Below the pieces are notes generated by a model. It saw only the letters and a program-made list of their open reading frames with translations, did no database searches and was not told the origin of the DNA. A program made the translations under genes and the position numbers. A stretch of DNA of 64,000 nucleotides from Vicugna vicugna (Eukaryota): NCBI GenBank assembly GCA_013265495.1, contig MU061827.1, positions 1,976,782 through 2,040,781 on the forward strand, given 5' to 3'. Below are positions 47,546 through 60,249 of this stretch, piece by piece (positions within the stretch are counted from its first letter, which is position 1; the number at the start of each line of letters is the position of its first letter).

Positions 47546-48035
47546 ATCTGAGGCCACGACTAAGGAAGGCAGCAGTTCTGAGCCGAGATGACATCTCACG
47601 AAGACTACTTCCTCACTCATCTCTGTGTCACGCACACCCACTGCACTTGCTCGCTTGTTTCCCCTCAAAGCCGTCTGAGCAAGAAGGGGTGAGTTCCCCG
47701 TGAAGGATGATGGTTTTCTTCTGGCTGCAGAACTGGGCCCCCCACCACCGACGGCTGGGCCAGGGCGGGTGAAGCAGCAGGAAGAAATCAAGAACGCGGA
47801 AGGAAAGTGCAATGGGCCACTCGCAGCCCCACTTCAACCACCAGCGTGCAGGTGGTTGTAACTCGCAGCAGCGACAGACATCAGCCCAAAGCAGGAGGGA
47901 AGAAGAGGATGCTGGGAAATACAGTATTGACATTCCAGGGATGACTTCACTGATATTTAGTGACTCTTTGATCTTGCTCACATGACTTTCTTTACCTGAT
48001 TTTGTATTAAAGTGAAATGACTTTTGTACGTCTGT
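47546..48035 (+). other. RILPL2: RILPL2 3' UTR with ATTAAA at 48006-48011
   Basis: Hexamer followed by U/GU-rich sequence; the cleavage site is inferred. Confidence 0.6.
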
Positions 48036-48128
48036 AAGTGTTTTGGAGTGGACTCTTACAGTTACATGACCTCCTAGAAGGTGCTTTAACTTCTCAGAGT
48101 TTCGGTTTCCAAGTCTGTAAACTGTATA

Positions 48129-48346
48129 CAGTTGACCCTTGAACAACACGGTTCAAACAGCGCTTGTCCACTCACACCGATTTTTTTTCCACAGTAAATT
48201 CTGTAGTACTTCACAATCTGCAGGTGGTTGAATCTGCGTGTATGGCGGAACCTCAAATACAGAGAGGGCTGCTGTAAGTTATACAGGAATTTTTCAGCTG
48301 TGGGGAGGGTGGGCACCCATAACCTCCACATTGTTCAAGGGTCAGG
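48129..48346. mobile_element. Tigger2-derived MITE
   Basis: TIRs CAGTTGACCCTTGAACAA (48129) and TTGTTCAAGGGTCAG (48331), flanked by TA dinucleotides. Confidence 0.85.
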
Positions 48347-50254
48347 TACATACACACCCACACATCGACATATATGTGTACATACACATGGTGGTGTATA
48401 TATGGTGCACATACTCTTCATTGAAGCTGAGTGATGCATCATTACTTTGTTGCTATGACAGAAAAAATGCTGCAAATTACAACATTAAGATACTATTGAT
48501 TTTAAGGCTCATCCTAGTTTCAGAGATGTTAAAATGTAAAAAAAAAAAAAAAAACCAGTGCGTTTAGGGATCAATGAAATCCAGTATATGGATAGCAGGT
48601 GACTGCACTTTGCAAAGAACCTAGTGAGCCGGATGAAGACACCCCATGAGCCTGTGTTCTTGGTGAGTTACACCGGCTTACTGAACACATTTCACCTGCT
48701 GCCCAGATTGTCTCGTTTATTCTTATAAAAAATAATCGTGATGAGATGGGGACTAATATTAATCCTCCAGTTTACAGATTTGAAAACTGAGACTCCGAGA
48801 GGTGAAAGCACCTCACACAAGGTCAGGTAGCTGGGAAGTCACTGCCCAGGATGCAAACGCAGGCCCGGTTCTAAGGCCTGTGAAGCTACATATATCCTGG
48901 TTCTCCAGAAACCACTAGTGTTAATAACAAATGCAACTTACCGAGTGCCTTGCCCACGCTTACACTAGCTGCCTCACCCCATCCCTGTGGGATAGGAACG
49001 TGGTACCCAAGCAGGTGCCAGCACGGCGGGGCTTGTCCAAGGCCCCAGCTTGAAAGTGGTGGAACCAGGACATGAACCCAGGTGCAAAGGCCACAGCCAC
49101 CCTCCCTCCCGGGAAAAGTCGGCAACCTTTACGTGTCTGGCCATCTCAGCAGCAACTTAGATCAGGGGCTCCTGATTCCTGTAACCCTGTATACTGCTGC
49201 AGCCCTGACTGGGTGCTCCCCTCTTAACAGCAGGAAGCGAGGAGGAAGGTTTCTGCACCTTGGAGGTGAGAGCTGACTTGGGAAACGGATTCGAGCATCC
49301 TGGCTTCACCACAGTTGCTGGGGTGTGGGCATTTGAGTTCAGGAAGATAAGTCTGGGAGCATCTTTCTTGGAGCCAGGACTGGTGTGACTACAGACAGGA
49401 GATACAGCCGCTCCGTGATGCGGGCTTTCCTCTCCACACCCAGCACAGGGAGAGACAGGCTGAGAAGCGGGTTTTGAGCCAGGTTTCAGAAGGCGTCAGG
49501 AGTGGTCGCTGCAGTAATCGTCTTTTAAAAGTGAAGAAATAAATTCAGCAACTAAGTGTCAGAGCTTGAAGGTGCTCATCAGTCCTGGGCCCTTAGAAAC
49601 TGTGCATGATAGGAAACACTGAAATTTTTCATCCTAACAATAGCTGAACATTGATTACCAAGGATTCTCTCTGTGCAAGCACTTTGCTGTCTTAAATTCA
49701 TTCAGTCCTCACAGTCACCCTGATACAAGCACCAGTATTTTCTCCACGTCACAGAGGAGGAAAGGGCACACCGGGAGGTGAGATAACCTGCCTGATGTTA
49801 CGCAGCTGCTGAGTGGCTGGAAACACAGGTTCTGTTCCAGGGCTGAGCACTTGGCCACACTGTCCCCTCCAAGGTGAGGATGTAGTAATGTATGACTGAA
49901 TTCTCAGGAAACCCTGGTAAGGCAGGTGGACAGAGGCTGTTCCCATTTGATGGATAAACTTCAGATGGTAAATGATTTGTTCAGGGTGACAGCTAACAAA
50001 TGCTTTAAGCTGACGCTGAGAATGGACCTTCTGCCTGTAAACCAAGGCCCCTACTCACAGTCCAACCTCCCTCAAGTGCCTGGGGCTGAGGGAACTAACA
50101 GCCTATCAAGGGCAGACGGTGTGTGTGCGGCGGGGACCAAGGTCTGGGCTGGACTGGGGGTCTTCCAGTACCAGACAGGCGCAGGTGATGACTCTGAGAC
50201 CCCTCCCTGAGAATCAAGTCTGCTATATTAGACACAATAAAAATGACAACTATA

Positions 50255-50400
50255 GGGGGGAGGGTATAGCTCAAGTGGTAGAGCACATGCCTATCATGCC
50301 TGAGGTCCTGGGTTCAATCCCCAGTACCGCCACTGAAAAATCAAATAAGTAAACCTAATTACCTCCCCCCTGCAAAAAAACTAAAAAAAAAAAAGGAAAG
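50255..50400 (+). mobile_element. tRNA-derived SINE (Vic-1-like)
   Basis: Head and tail as above; 16-bp TSD aaaaatgacaa(c/t)ta(t/c)a at 50239-50254 and 50401-50416. Confidence 0.88.
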
Positions 50401-51324
50401 AAAAATGACAATTACAGCAGCTAAAATTTACGCTATGTGCCAGGCGTTGTTCTAGCGGGGGGAACGTGCCTAACTTTTAATCCCCACAAGCAACCTCTGA
50501 CCCCCATTATACAAATGAAGAAACTGTCCCCTAGGAAGACATTCAGCAAAACTCACACTGGTGTGTGGCCCTTTTGTAAAATAAAGAAAACAGAAAATCC
50601 AACCTTACTTTTTTCTACCTCTGCCCTGTTAAAAAAAACAGAAAAANNNNNNNNNNNNNNNNNNNNNNNNNNNNNNNNNNNNNNNNNNNNNNNNNNNNNN
50701 NNNNNNNNNNNNNNNNNNNNNNNNNNNNNNNNNNNNNNNNNNNNNNNNNNNNNNNNNNNNNNNNNNNNNNNNNNNNNNNNNNNATCTCACATTTACACAC
50801 TCCCATCGGATCCTCCTCCAATTCGCTGACCGCTGACCAGGCAAGTGCGGGTTGGGGGAAGACTTTCTTAGGTAGCACCGTCGTGAGGCCGGGGTTGAGG
50901 GCATCAAAGTTGAGGACAGGCTCTCATACCTGTCTCCATTCACATTTACCTGGGAGCAGGGGGGCCGGGAGACCCCAGGTCACAGCTCCAGAGCCCCGGC
51001 CCCTAAACTACAGGTTAACAGAAAGCGGGAATCGGTCCCCCTTGGGGAGGAAGCTACCTGCTCTTCCTGTCACAGTCAAGGTGAAAACTTTACCCTCAGC
51101 CATGATCCCTGGGCCACTGGCCTGCCCGCTCCCCTGCACCCCAGCAGCTGGGGTGGGGGGCCCTGCATTTCAGGGCATGTAGCTCACCCTTCAGTTCATG
51201 GCTGCATTTTCACAGGAAGGACACCAGGTGGTCTGACAAACAAAAGCCTTGACAGCAGGTCTGGAACTTTCAACCCGGCAGAATCAGGGTTGAGGTTGGG
51301 GGGGGGGATTGGGTAAGTAATTTC

Positions 51325-52305
51325 TGGTCCCACTACAAAACTTTATTTTTGATTAGAATAGTGTACCATCTCAAATCTCTTCTACAGAAACAAATCCAAG
51401 GAAAAAAGAAAAAAAAACTTAAAAAAAAAACCCAAACAAAAACGCAGCCACTTCACTCACTTCAAGACCTATATACACGTTAAGTTGTCTTCTGTGGTTT
51501 TTTTTTTTTGTCTTTTTGCTTTTTGCTTTTTATTACTTTTTAAAATAAAACTCAGTGTTCACATTTCTATAAAGAAATCAACCAGTTTCGGGAAACCCTG
51601 CCCCGGCAGGGCCAGGTAAGCGATGCTTTGCCCTGCCCACATCTGCTTTGATTCCCCGCCCTGATGCTGCGAGGTGCCCAGAAAAGCGGCAGCCCGTGGA
51701 AGAGTGTTCTAGGCCCGGCCCGTGAGCCGCCGGGTCAGTGAGCTTTCGAGAAAGCAGAGGGGAAGACTATCTTACTGTGAAACCTTTTTTTAAAAAATAT
51801 TCATACACTTCAATGTGCGCCTGTCGAGATGTCAGGAAACAAGAGCTTGGGAACATCCCAGCCAGGCCATGGCGAGGCGGCGTCTTCCTCACGCCCGCCT
51901 GCACTGGGACGTCGGAGGTGCGCGGGGGTGGGGGACAGTCCTGGCTCTTGGGTTGGAGGCAGGAGCATTGCCCGGCTTCCTAGTTCATGTTCGACTCTTT
52001 CCTCTAAAACCTGTGCCGAGTCTTTGACTGCACGGGAAGCACAAACGCTCGACTTGTNNNNNNNNNNNNNNNNNNNNNNNNNNNNNNNNNNNNNNNNNNN
52101 NNNNNNNNNNNNNNNNNNNNNNNNNNNNNNNNNNNNNNNNNNNNNNNNNNNNNNNNNNNNNNNNNNNNNNNNNNNNNNNNNNNNNNNNNNNNNNNNNNNN
52201 NNNNNNNNNNNNNNNNNNNNNNNNNNNNNNNNNNNNNNNNNNNNNNNNNNNNNNNNNNNNNNNNNNNNNNNNNNNNNNNGCGGGGAGGGGAACGGGGCCG
52301 CTGGG
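51325..52305 (-). other. KMT5A: KMT5A 3' UTR (partly gapped) with AATAAA at 51347-51342
   Basis: Plus-strand TTTATT at 51342-51347 with U-rich tracts upstream; N-gap 52058-52279 lies inside. Confidence 0.75.
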
Positions 52306-52516
52306 CTAATGCTTCAGCCAGGGGTAGGCTTCGATGGAAGCCCTGCTGCGGTCCCCGTAGTCGTACAGGAGCTCCTCCCCGGCCTCGATGTCGCGGGAGG
52401 CGATGAGGATGAGGTGAGGCACGCCGCCGATGTCGTGCAGCTTGGTCTGGCAGTTCCCGCATTTACTGTGATTGATCAGCCTCCCCAGGCGGTTTGTCTC
52501 TCTAGTCGCATCCACG
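52306..52516 (-). CDS. KMT5A: KMT5A terminal coding exon, SET C-terminal half and post-SET
   Basis: cccgccAG acceptor; 211 bp; (C)VDATRETNRLGRLINHSKCGNCQTKLHDIGGVPHLILIASRDIEAGEELLYDYGDRSRASIEAYPWLKH*; SET motifs RLINHS and ELLYDY. Confidence 0.98.
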
Positions 52517-53243
52517 CTGGCGGGGAGGGAGGGAGGGAGACGGAGGGTTAAATTGATAAAAAAGCTTTTGAACCTAGCCAGAGTCACGCTTGCTCTCAAC
52601 TCTGGGGTGATGGTGATTTACAGCCCCGTCTCTGGGAGAGCAATTCGACTCGAAAAAATATCTTTAGGAGTCTGGGGAGGCGCTGACTAGGGTGACTGAG
52701 GCGGGGGAGGCCGCAGAGGGGAACGCAAAAGGCTCTTTGTGGCGGCACCGGAGGCAACTGTGGCATTGTGCGTAATAAACAAATGAACAAAAATCAGCCG
52801 TGCTGATACTGGGGGAGGTGTGCGGGGATAGGTGGGAACTCTGTACTTTCCACTCAGTTTTGCTGGGAACCTTTTAAAACTGCTCTGAAAAATATAGTCT
52901 ATTAAAAAAACAATCAATGACACTGCCATATGGAGAACAGAAGAGTCAGCGATTCCGAGCTGCTGTGGCCAAGTGCCCGGAGAGGGAGCGGCCAGGTGAG
53001 CCCCCCAAGCAGGCTTTTACATGACTGGTCCACCTCTTGTCCGACGAGGTGGCATCCTGGACCGCTCCAATCCCCCAAAATAAAAATAGGAAGCGGGGAG
53101 AGCTACATCACAGCTTTGAAAACTGGTTAGGTAGCAAGAACTACACAGAAGCGGGAGTGGCAGAGCCAGGATGCCCTCGGGGGCTCTTTGGCTGGACCTA
53201 TGCCAAGCCGGGGAAACGCAGCTAAGAGCACTAGCAGACTTAC

Positions 53244-53434
53244 CAGTAGGTTTTGCTCAGATACTGAAAATAGTACATGTAGCAGCCCGTGGAGGGGTCT
53301 TGTGCGTACAGAGCCTCCCGCTTCTTGGCATCGGTGATCTCAATGAGGTCCCCATGGTATTCCACCACAAACTCGCCCCGGGAGAACTGCTTGGTGGCAA
53401 TCACACCCCTGCCTTTGCCATCGATGAGGTCAAT
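53244..53434 (-). CDS. KMT5A: KMT5A coding exon (exon 7), SET N-terminal half
   Basis: caacAG acceptor and TG|GTAAGT donor; 191 bp; IDLIDGKGRGVIATKQFSRGEFVVEYHGDLIEITDAKKREALYAQDPSTGCYMYYFQYLSKTY. Confidence 0.98.
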
Positions 53435-54149
53435 CTGTTGGGAGGCACCGAGACAGAGTGTTGGTTCATAATAGCAACAAATGCCGCCGAACATGGCCAG
53501 CTGCCAGGGTGCCAGAGGCCTGCACTGCATTCCTTAAACAGCTTTAGTGAGGTAGGTCATAAAATTCACTCATTTTACACGTACAGTTTGATGGGGATGA
53601 TTAAATGCACCCAGCCGTGCGGCTATTGCCACATACCATCACCCCAAGGGGTTCCCTTGTGCCCATCTGCAGAGCACTGTTACCCTGGGTCCTCATGCGA
53701 TCTGCTACCTGGGTGCCATCCCCCCCATTTTGCAGATGAGAAAACGGGCTTAGAGAGCTTCCACGCAGGTAGGGAGTGATGCAGCACAAACTCTGACCCC
53801 ATCTCAGCCCCTCTGGGGGGGCAGCAGGACCCAGTGTTCTGAGTCTCTCCATTACTCCATCACTGACCTCCCGGGTTTCTCCTCACTCCATTATAAACGG
53901 AGATTGGTGGGGGATGATTGCTTGAGAGAGCCAGACTTAAACTCAGATCCCTCTAGATGGTGGGTGGAAGCTGAGCTTTCCAACCCCAGGCCCCAAGCCA
54001 GATCGACCTGGCCACCGCTGCGCAGTGACTCCCCCTCATCCACCCAATGTGTCCGAAATATACCAAGAGGAAAGCAAATCTCCTGGGCAGGGCCATTTTC
54101 CAGCAAAGCAGTTTAGAAAAAAATTATCTTTATCCTTTTAAAAGTTTCC

Positions 54150-54470
54150 CCAGGCCTCATGCTAAATGAAAGAAGCCAGATACAACAGGCTTCATATTCT
54201 CTGATGCCATTTGTATGAAATGCCCAGAACAGGCAAATCCAGAGACAGAAGGGAGACGGGTGGCTGTCAGGCGCTGGGGGATGGGAATGAGAGTGACTGT
54301 GCTCTCACCAGGCTTCTGCTTGGGAGGACGAAGAAGTTCTGAAACTAGACAGAGATGATGCTTGTACCACACTGTGAATGTAGAGTGTACTTAATGCCGC
54401 TGAACTGAATACTTAACAAATGGTTACAGTGGTCAATTTTATGTCATACATATTTCATCATAATTTTTTA
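54150..54470 (+). mobile_element. L1MB-like 3' fragment
   Basis: gctaaatgaaagaagccaga...aggcaaatccagagacagaa...actagacagagatgatgcttg. Confidence 0.75.
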
Positions 54471-54696
54471 GAAGCTTCCTCAGGATAACATCTGACATAC
54501 AAAGCCCGCTCTGTTTCCTTCGTGAGGCATTCCCTTAACGATAGTTTGAGTGTCTGGCCTCTCGACAACCTGAAGCAGCCTGCCTAGTCACAGTGACCAT
54601 CAGAGGATTAAAGCAGCATGTTGGCCTCCGGACCAGGGAAGGTGCGACTTCACGGCCTGCGCCTCCCTGCAGCCAGCCCTGCTGCCCCATAATTAC

Positions 54697-54756
54697 CTTC
54701 ATTCCTTCTTCCTTCCCGCTTTCAATCAGTTCATCTATTCTTTTCCTTTCTTCAGA
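54697..54756 (-). CDS. KMT5A: KMT5A coding exon (exon 6)
   Basis: cccAG acceptor and AAG|GTAATT donor; 60 bp; SEERKRIDELIESGKEEGMK. Confidence 0.95.
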
Positions 54757-57700
54757 CTGGGTGGGGAAGAAAGAAGAAACAAGAGCATCAGCATCCTCCG
54801 CTGGCCTGTTCCTGTAGCCCTGGCTCTCCGGGCTGCCCAGTTGTCCTCTGTGGCATCAGTCCCCAAAGATGCCTAGGCTCCCCAGATCCCATCCTCCCCT
54901 CATTGCCCATCTAGGGGACAACTCATCGCCTGGGGCTCAACTGGACCAGGAGGGAGACAGAGGTGGCCCAAGGGCAGAAGCAGGCTTGTTGCTGTGTTCT
55001 GTGTGGCCCATGCAGTGTTTCAAAAAAACATCTGAATCGCTGACATCTAAAAACCAGAAATCTGACTTCATATAAAATCAGCTATGGCTGCTCAGAGGCT
55101 GTGTGCTTTAGACGGGGCATGTGTGTGCTCCATGTCCCTCCCATCTGATGGCCCCGGCAGACATCTCTGTTTAGGAGATGTCTAAGCTACGTCTCCACGG
55201 AAGCCGCTGCCATGGATGAGGAGAGGGCCTCCCACCCCAGAGTCAACAATGCCAGGAACAGAGAAGCTGTAAAGGAGTGGACACTAGTCTGGGGCCACTC
55301 CCCCCTGTTACCATGCCCACCCCTGCCTTGGGACACCAGGGAACCAACAAGAGCTAAACAAAAACAGACAGGAAGCGCCAACCTGGCATGACTCACCAGC
55401 GCGGACCCTCACCAAGTAGGACGGCACATATGGGAGTGGCTGGAACAGCAGAGCCCCCTCCCCCACATACACACACACACAGGTCCACCAGACAGTCTCA
55501 AATTCCAGTCCACTCCTCTCCATTTCTATCACGGCCCCCTAGCCAAGCCACGCCTGTGCTTGCCTGGACACCTGCAACAGCTGCCTTGCTGGTATTCTGG
55601 CTTTTGACCATCAACCCCCTCCACTCCTGCCCCATTCTCCGCAGAGCAGCCAGAGGGGTCTTTTAAAAATGTAAATGAGATTGTATCTTTTTGCTTGGCC
55701 CACACTGGCTGGCTTTTACAGAGGCCAGGCTTGTAGGAACCTCCGGGCCTTTGCACTTGCCATTCCATTGCCTGGTATATCCTCTCCCTAATCCTTTTGC
55801 CTGGCTTGCTCCCTCCCTTCCTTCCAAGCTCTGCTCAAAAGGTACCTCCTTGGAGAAACTTCCCTACTGTGGCTAAACTACCTACCTACTGATTTATTAA
55901 CGAGTGTCAGAGTGCTAACGAAAATTATCTTGCTTTTCCATTGTTGTTGTTGTTGTTAATTGCTCCCCAATTAAATATACGCTCCATGAGTTCAAGGGCC
56001 TGATCTTGCTCACGGTGGAGTCTCCTGGCCTAGAACGGTACCTGGCGATCATAAGCCCTCAAAGCAATGACACCGAGCGCACTGTCACCTTGTTGAACAG
56101 TTAATTAGTTACAAGTGTGCCAAGACCAGTGAGCAGAATAAATGTGAGTAATCATGGGAAAGTGGGATAGGCGACGGGGGATTTTCCTGCTCTGACGGAA
56201 CAGGGCAGAGGAGATGAGCTGAGGAGAATAGGAGCCAGGCCAGATGCCCTGAATATGAAGCCCTAGTCTGGGTTTCGCTCTGGAGTCTCAGGGGTTTGGG
56301 GCACGCAAACAACCAGCTCTGAGCTTCCTAAAGAGTTCCGGCAGCAGCCCACAGCAGGGGTGTGGGCAGGGACTGTCTAGGGCCTGACTGGGAAGGGAGC
56401 AAGGCCTGCATGAGGGGGAGGGCCTGCCAACAGGAAAGAGGGAGGGATGCAGGAACTCCCGAGCTGGAATCAGCAGGCTGCCCGGCACATCAGGCCAGGG
56501 TTGGGCTGGGGATGACGAGGCCAGAGCACTGCCAACAATGCAGTCCCTGCCCCTGTGTGGGCTGTCACTCCACCCACAGCCAAGCCAACCAGCGAAGGGG
56601 CCCCCATGGCTAAGAAATGAGGGGTACAGGGCATCTCTCCAAGGCCCAGTTTCCACCCTCCTGTCCTGGCCCTGGATGCTGCCCTGGGCCCGGCCCCGCC
56701 CACTCTGTCTTTGGCCATGGCAAGGTGTCTGCAGGGCTCTTTATTTGTTCCACCTCAGCTACCCACATCCTCCTCTTACGTCCCGCCTGCCTGGGCCTCG
56801 GTTTTGGCCAGCCCAGGAGGGCGGTCAGGTCAGGCCTGACCTCCCCCTCAGATGAGGCCCAGCTGCCCCGCCCCCGGGCTTCACCTCCGCCACCAAGAGA
56901 AGGCACCACCCTGCCAGCCACAGCCCCACCACCCCAGCCAACAGCCGCCTGGCTATCCTGGCCTGCGACCACCTGGCCATGGTGCTCTGAGCAGAGCCAA
57001 CACAAACTGTGAAAGGCAAGCATGGTGCTCCCCGGCCTCTGGCTCGGCGTCCAGCGACAGGGCGAGCTTTATTGTGCCTGCAGACCCAGCTCTGGGGACC
57101 AAGTGCCTGCTCCCTTCCACCCATCTGCTGCAAGATTCAGTAGACCCGTGTCATGTCCCACTGTAGCCTTCACTCCTCCGAACAGAAAGGCCCTTGGTTT
57201 TTTTTTTTTTTTTTAATTAAAAAGGCAAACTCAGCTGCCCCCACCCTGCAGCCCAGGGCGGCCCTGGGTGGACCCCAGGCTCCCTGTGTGGGCAGCGGCC
57301 AGGCGGTGTCCCGGCTTCGGGGCTGGCACCGCCTCGCCCTCTGCAGTGCTGTCTAAGTGACCGAGCACAGCCTCCACTGCAGGCGAACATTCTGTAACAG
57401 CTTGTTCTTGGCTGAAAGACACTGCCTTTCTAAGGAAATAAAGCCAAAGCTCCTCTCTAGGGGGAAATGGACCCCCTTTTACAGTTTTTTTAAATGAAGC
57501 CCTGGCAAGTCAAAGAAAAAGTGAGAAAGAGAGCGATCACCACATGTACAGCCACAGAGCTGATATCACAATGCTGAAGGAGTCTGTGTGGGTTGAAATG
57601 CTAACTAACACCCACAAGGCCGGGTCCCCGCGTCTCTGCAGGGGTGGCAACCCTGAGCACGACTCCCAGGCTTCGAGGCTGCTCTGCCAGCCCAGATGCC

Positions 57701-58509
57701 CGGGTGGGAGGGCGAGCAGAGCAGCCGGTGGGCTGCAGGGCCGGGCCACACCCGGGGTTCCTGCACAGGGAGGCAGCAGCCACACCTCACTGCATCAAAT
57801 ATTGACTGACTGCCGCAGAGCTCAGCACTTGGCAAACACAGTGGGCGGGGCCTCGCAGCCCAGCTGGCCTTCCTGCCTGGTTCTCACATGTTCCCAGGGC
57901 CAGGGCCAGGGGGAAAAAGAGCAGAGAGGAGCCTCGGAAGGGACAATACCCTGGGAGACAAAGGTGATGACAAGAGTTAACTGGTGCCCACTGGCTCAGT
58001 TCTAGTGTTCCACGTGCATTAACAGATTTAATCCTCTGGACAAGCCCATATGTTTATTATCCCATCTTACAGACAGGACAGCAAGGCACAGAATGGTTAA
58101 GTAACTGGCCCAAGGTCATCTAACCAGTGAGTAGTTCCCAAGTCACTGCTCTTCACCTCAAGACACAGAAACTTCTGGACAAAAAAGCCTCTGGCAGAAC
58201 ACGCAGCCTGGCACACCACGCTCCAATGGCCCTGCAACAAGTCCTGGAAAAGCCCCCTTTGTGGTGACCCCTGACTTCCCACCCCATGTCCCACAAGCAA
58301 CAAGCCTCCTTCAGAGAAGCATCTCAACCAAGCCTCAAGGTGACCTAGCGCGTGATGATGACCCCACGAGACGGAGGAGAACACCAAGGCCACAGAGGCC
58401 AAGAGACCTGTCCCAAGATGATACAAAGAGCTCCGGCCGTGCGCACCACGCGCTGCCCCCTGGGCCGCCCTGCCCTCCAGGAGCTGGAAGCAGAACCACG
58501 TGACTCTAC

Positions 58510-58597
58510 CTGCAGCTCAGCTTTGCTCTTCCTGGAGCTCCTTCGCACTGGATAGAAATCTGTGAGTTTGCGATTCTGTTGCGTTTTTCCTTGAGCT
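58510..58597 (-). CDS. KMT5A: KMT5A coding exon (exon 5) with PIP degron
   Basis: cccAG acceptor and CAG|GTAGAG donor; 88 bp; AQGKTQQNRKLTDFYPVRRSSRKSKAELQ contains the PCNA/CRL4-Cdt2 PIP degron KLTDFYPVRR. Confidence 0.96.
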
Positions 58598-58991
58598 CTG
58601 GGGTGGGAAAGGAAGAGGAGGAAGCAAGTCTTAGCACTGAGACCACATTCACATCCAGGAAGCACACGACCCCTTAGGAAGGGGACTCCTTGGAAACAAT
58701 GTCACTTAAACACCTTTGTCCACTGGGGCCTGGGGTCACTTAGGCTCACCTGCCCACGGGGGCCTCCGAGTGTCAAAGACAGGCTGCCTACTCTCGGCAG
58801 GGACGGGGCTCTTGAGCTCTGGACCCCGCCAGACCAAGATGCTGACAGACAGCAGTGCCCCTGGTGGGAACTCAGACGTCTGAGCCTTACTGCGAGAGGG
58901 GCTGAGACAGTGGACGACTTCCCCCCGGCTGGCACTGGCATCAGGACCAGGCCGCCTGCGTGAGCGCGGGGGAGCCCCAGGGAGCACTTAC

Positions 58992-59211
58992 TTTTTCCTG
59001 GGTGTCTGTTTGCCCCTGACAGGCTTTTTCAGGGCTTGCTTGGCAGCGGCTGCATTGGGAGAATCACAAGACGAGGTTGGGGTTTTGGGAGGTTCTGCAG
59101 CTTCAGATTTTTGGTTTGGAAAAGGTGCCAGGGGACCTCTCCTGGCGTCTTTGATCTTGTGTTCATCGGCCTTCATGGTGCTTCGCATGGCATTCCCAGA
59201 GTTTCTTTTCT
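58992..59211 (-). CDS. KMT5A: KMT5A coding exon (exon 4)
   Basis: cacAG acceptor and AA|GTAAGT donor; 220 bp; KRNSGNAMRSTMKADEHKIKDARRGPLAPFPNQKSEAAEPPKTP...KQTPRK. Confidence 0.95.
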
Positions 59212-59986
59212 CTGTGGGCAGAGGATGGAGAGAGACAGGCTTATTCCAGACTCTCTGTCTCCCGCTTCCTAGCCCTCGGCTGTGTTCTATCTAAGAAGGC
59301 CACCAGTGTGTGGGGCAGCAGTGCCCTTGGGCTGTTAAGCCTGGTGTCCACTGACAGGTGTCTTGGGAAAAGCATATGGCTTTACTTTTTGACCCAGACA
59401 CCAGGCAGAGCTCTTGGTCTTCCACATTTTTTTCCCCTTCAGCTTTGTTGAAGTATAACTGATAAATAAAATTATAAGATACTCGAAACGTTACACCATG
59501 GTGAGTTGACATACACATTGTGAAAGGATTCCTCCCACCATATTAATCAACTCATGAGGTTTTCTGCATCTTGAGGGGACGAGCCCTTCAAGCAGAAGCA
59601 CCACGGCCCACAACACTGGCAAGAGGGCTCCCTCAGTGGCTTCTCGGGAAGTGGGCTGCAGACCCCAGAATAAAAGGCTAGATTCCTAAAGAGCTGGGCC
59701 AGCGTTGGTGGACAGGAGTAAGGCAATAAAACAGAACCCCTCTCCCAGTAGAGACCGCTTCCCCAAGAGCTGCCTGGCGTGATTCATTTCACTCTTTTTA
59801 AAAAAATTCCCTTTTGTAACGGTTGAAGCCCGGCATTCATCGGGGTCCTCAGCACGGTGCCCCGACAGCCGTCAGTATGTTGCGAGGGATGTCGCAAGTG
59901 ACTTGTTACTAAAAATAGCTGTGGAGCACTAGTGTTGAACTATTTTTTTCCAGAAAATAATTTACTTTTTAAAAATAAGTAAATAA

Positions 59987-60091
59987 GGAGAGGGTATAAC
60001 TTAGTGGTAGAATGCGTGCTTAGCATGCACGAGGTCCTGGCTTCAATTTCTAGTACCTCCATTAAAAAAATAATAAATAAATCCAATTACT
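59987..60091 (+). mobile_element. tRNA-derived SINE (Vic-1-like), tail lost in a gap
   Basis: Diverged head followed by an A-rich linker running into Ns. Confidence 0.8.
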
Positions 60092-60249
60092 NNNNNNNNN
60101 NNNNNNNNNNNNNNNNNNNNNNNNNNNNNNNNNNNNNNNNNNNNNNNNNNNNNNNNNNNNNNNNNNNNNNNNNNNNNNNNNNNNNNNNNNNNNNNNNNNN
60201 NNNNNNNNNNNNNNNNNNNNNNNNNNNNNNNNNNNNNNNNNNNNNNATT

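Noticed and set aside
51829-52551. Long ORFs containing X-runs (here and at the other gaps)
   Set aside because: Artefacts of N-gaps, which contain no stop codons.
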